This document shows, piece by piece, positions 60,397 through 64,000 of a stretch of DNA of 64,000 bases. The stretch is taken from the NCBI GenBank assembly GCA_977017645.1, contig OZ360238.1, positions 58,156,001 to 58,220,000 on the forward strand, in the 5' to 3' direction. Under the pieces are notes generated by a model. The model saw only the letters and a program-made list of their open reading frames with translations, searched no databases and was not told the origin of the DNA. Both the position numbers and the translations under genes were made by a program. Each line of letters starts with the position of its first letter. Within the stretch, counting starts at the first letter, position 1. Source of the stretch: Torpedo marmorata (taxonomy: Eukaryota).

Positions 60397-63300
60397 AAAA
60401 AAAAAAATATTTTAAAATTTTAAATCACAAAATACATAAGGTAAAATATGAAATTATCAAAATACTTGTGATACATTTCACCGCCCACCCTCCCTCCCAT
60501 CCCTACTAATCTACTAAAGTAAAAATAAAAAGAAAAGAAAAAAAATAGAATAAGGAGAATGTCAATCTAAAAAATACATCTATAACTAATTTTATTATGG
60601 AGGATAGGTTCGCCAGTCAGATCTGATGTCCAGAGATCTTCAAATCCTTAAACCAACAGCCTTCATATATGGGCTCCATATTTTCAAAAATAAATGATAT
60701 TTATTACGTCAATTATGTAATTTTTTCAAGTGGTATACATGAACGAAATTCTGCATGCCATCTTTCTAACCCTAAATCAACATCAGATTTCCAAGTAATA
60801 GCAATACATTTCTTAGAAACAGCTAAAGCAATTCGCAAAAATTCTATTTGATACATATTTAATTTCGTCTTAATACTAACTCTTTTAATATCTCAAAAAA
60901 AAAATCATAGGGTCCATTGGGAGTGTAATTTTTAATATTTTGTCTAAAAACTTTTTAACTTTCAACCAAAAATCATAAATCTTTGGACAAAACCATGTAG
61001 AATGTACAAAAGAACCTTCCTCTCTGTTACATCTAAAACATAAGCCTGATAATGTCACATTAAATTTCTTTAATTTTTAAGCGTTAAATATAATTGATGA
61101 AAAAAATTATATTGAACTAATCTATATCTAACATTAATAATCTTCACCATACTTAGTTTACATAATTCTTTCCAATGTTCTTCATCTATTGTTACATTCA
61201 AATCTGATTCCCATTTTAATCTTGATTTATGAATTCCTACTTTAGGGATTTTTCTCTGAAATAATCTATACATTTGAGAAATAAATTTATTTACACCTCC
61301 ATTAGTAACTAATAATTCTAGTTCACTCTGTCTTGGTAAAGTCAAACTATAGCCTAACCTCCCAACTAAAAATGCTCTAATTTGATAATAAGCAAAAAGT
61401 GTATTATTCAATACATTAAACTTATCTTTCATTCTTTGAAAAGTAATACATTTACCAGCTTCAAAACAATCATTTATTTTCTTAATTCCCTTTTGGAACC
61501 AAATTTTAAATAATTGATTATCAATAGTAAATGAAATAAGTTTATTTTGATATAAAGGCATTTTCGGAGAAATCGACCCTTTCCCTCCTATCTCCCTATC
61601 CACCCTATTCCATATATCTAACAAATGTTTAAAAATAGGAGAATTCTTCCCTTTCGTTAATAATAATTTAGAATTCCATTTATATATAACTTCTTTCAAA
61701 TCTTCTCCTATATTATTTAATTCTATTCTAATCCAAGCAGAAGACTTAGCAAAATCAAACATTTCATTAACAAATTTTAATTGAGCTGCTTTATAATAAT
61801 TTTGAAAATTAGGAAGTTGCAAACCACCCATTTCATAATTCCAAGTTAACTTCACCATGCCTACTCTAGCCAACTTTCCTTTCCACAAAAAATTCCTAAT
61901 AATTAAGTTTAAACCTTTAAAAAATTTTGAAGGGATTTCATAAGGAATTGATTGAAAAAGATATTGAATTCTTGGAAAGACATTCATTTTAATACAATTT
62001 ACCCTTCCTATTAAAGTTATAGGTAAATCCTTCCAGCTTTCTAAATCTTTTTTAATTTTCATAAATAATGGTAAATAATTTAATTTATATAGATTAGTTA
62101 ATTTTGTATCAATCTTTATTCCCAAATATTTAATTCCTTCCTTTGACCATTTAAATTGTGTAATTTCTTTACATTTACTATAATCCCCTTGTGTCAATGC
62201 CATAATTTCACTTTTATCAGAATTAATCTTATAACCAGATATTTCCCCACATTCTCTCAATAAAACAGTCAATTGTATTAAAGAAGTAATAGGTTTTGTC
62301 ATATAAATCAATACATCATCTGCAAATAAACTAATTTTATGCTCTTCTCTTCCAACTTTAATACCTGCAATCTTAATATCTTGTCTAATTAATTCTGCCA
62401 AAGGTTCTATTGCTAAAATAATGCTGGCGACAAAGGACATCCTTGTCTAGTTGACCTAGTCAAAGAAAATTTTGAAGAAATTTGTCAGCACTTTAGCAGA
62501 TGGTTCTTTATATGTAGTTTTAATCCAATTAATAAATGTAGTACCAAAACCAAATTTTTCCAGTACTTTAAATAATTCCACTCTAATCTGTCAAAAGCCT
62601 TTTCAGCGTCTAATGTTAATACTAATGCTAAATCATTCTTTTTTTCCACATTAATTAAACTAATTAATCTAGCTATGTTATCCTTTGAATATCTATTCTT
62701 AATAAAACCGGCTTGATCTACATGGATTAATTCTGGTAAATAATTAGCCACTCTATTTGCTAAAATGTTTGCCATTATCTTATAATCCACATTTAACAAT
62801 GAAATTGGTCTATATGATTCTGTTTTCAACACATCTCTATCTTTTTTAGGTATAACTGTAATTATTGCATTCGAAAATGTTTCCGGTAACGAGTGAGTTT
62901 CCGTTATTTGTTTCAACACATCCATATATGGAGGTATCAATAAATCTTTAAACTCCTTATAAAATTCAGATGGGAAACCATCTTCCCCTGGAGATTTACC
63001 ACTCGTTAAATAACTAAGAACATCGTTAACTTCCCTCATTGAGAAAGACGAGTCTAAAAATTCTTTACCTTGAGTATTTTAATCTAGGTAACTTAATTTT
63101 AGATAGAAATTCATTAATTTTAGAATCATCTTCGTCAATCTGAGATTTATATAAATTTAAATAAAAATCCTTAAAAGAATCATTTATTTCTTGAGGTTTG
63201 TTATTTTCTTAGAATTCTTTTTTCTCGCATTTATAATTCTAGAAGTTTGATCTTTTGTTGCCACACCAACACTTTATGTGCTCTTTCTCCCAATTCATAA

Positions 63301-64000
63301 TATCTTTGCTTAGTTCTTTCAATTAATTTTTCCATTTTATGTTTGTAACAAATTATAATGCAATTTTTTCCCAACTAAATTTTTCCTCTTTTCTTCTGAT
63401 CTCTTTTTTGCAAGTCCTTCTCCAAAAATTCAATCTCCCTCTCCAAATTATCCACCTCCCGAACATCGTCCTTCTTAATTTTTGCTGAATAACTTATTAT
63501 TTGGCCTCGTAAATAAGCCTTTAAAGCTTCCCAAATAATAAATTTATTATCAATTGAATTAGAATTAATTTGTAAAAATTCTTGAATTTCTCTTATATAA
63601 TCACAAAAATCCATTCTTTTTAATAAAGAAGAATTAAATCTCCACCTATAGTTTTTTTCTTTTTCTGGAATTATACAAGACATTAATAAAGGCGAATGAT
63701 CAGAAATTATTCTTGCTTTATAACATGCTTGTGTTACCCTATCTTGGACTTGTGAGGACAATAAAAACGTATCTATCCTAGAATATGAATCATGTCTAAA
63801 AGAATAATCTTTTTCTCTAGGTTTCAATTTTCTCCAAATATCTATTAAATTTAATTCTTTCATCAAAGTAAGAACTCTTTCAGCAATTTTAGATTTAACA
63901 ACTGGTCTTGATGTTTTATTCATTATTTGATCTAAACAACAATTAAAATCCCCACCAATTAAAATGTTATCATTAGCTTCTGACAAATACATAAAAGAAT
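60397..64000 (-). mobile_element. L1-clade LINE ORF2 (EN, RT, C-terminus), frameshifted, 5' end outside the window
   Basis: EN: ILIGGDFNC, YSRIDTFL, ISDHSP (63375-63992). RT: KSPGEDGFPSEFYK, YRPISLLNVDYKI, LDAEKAFDRLEW (62485-63039) and ISLFADDVL, IKYLGI (61070-62440). Confidence 0.96.

Overview
This is vertebrate genomic DNA, most likely an elasmobranch (shark or ray); that is inferred from the repeat families and not verified. The only host protein gene is an intact 3-exon Iroquois homeobox gene, IRX5, on the minus strand (CDS 21665-21429, 21107-20702, 20386-19668; about 453 aa). It lies in a ~13 kb CpG-rich domain with no recognisable transposons and many candidate conserved enhancers. A second CpG-island promoter at ~28.3-28.75 kb points away from IRX5, at the position occupied by the CRNDE lncRNA in mammals. 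The rest is transposon-derived: Penelope-like elements with hammerhead-ribozyme-like motifs, L1, CR1, L2 and Rex1/Babar LINEs, Deu-domain SINEs, Tc1, pogo, MITEs and solo LTRs, with a deeply nested cluster at 47-64 kb. The most unexpected observation is a ~560 bp Tc1/pogo-type MITE carrying a fragment that translates to a SLITRK-like LRR C-terminal cap, suggesting gene capture by a DNA transposon. Family and homology calls come from recalled motifs, not database searches, and boundaries of degenerate repeats are approximate.
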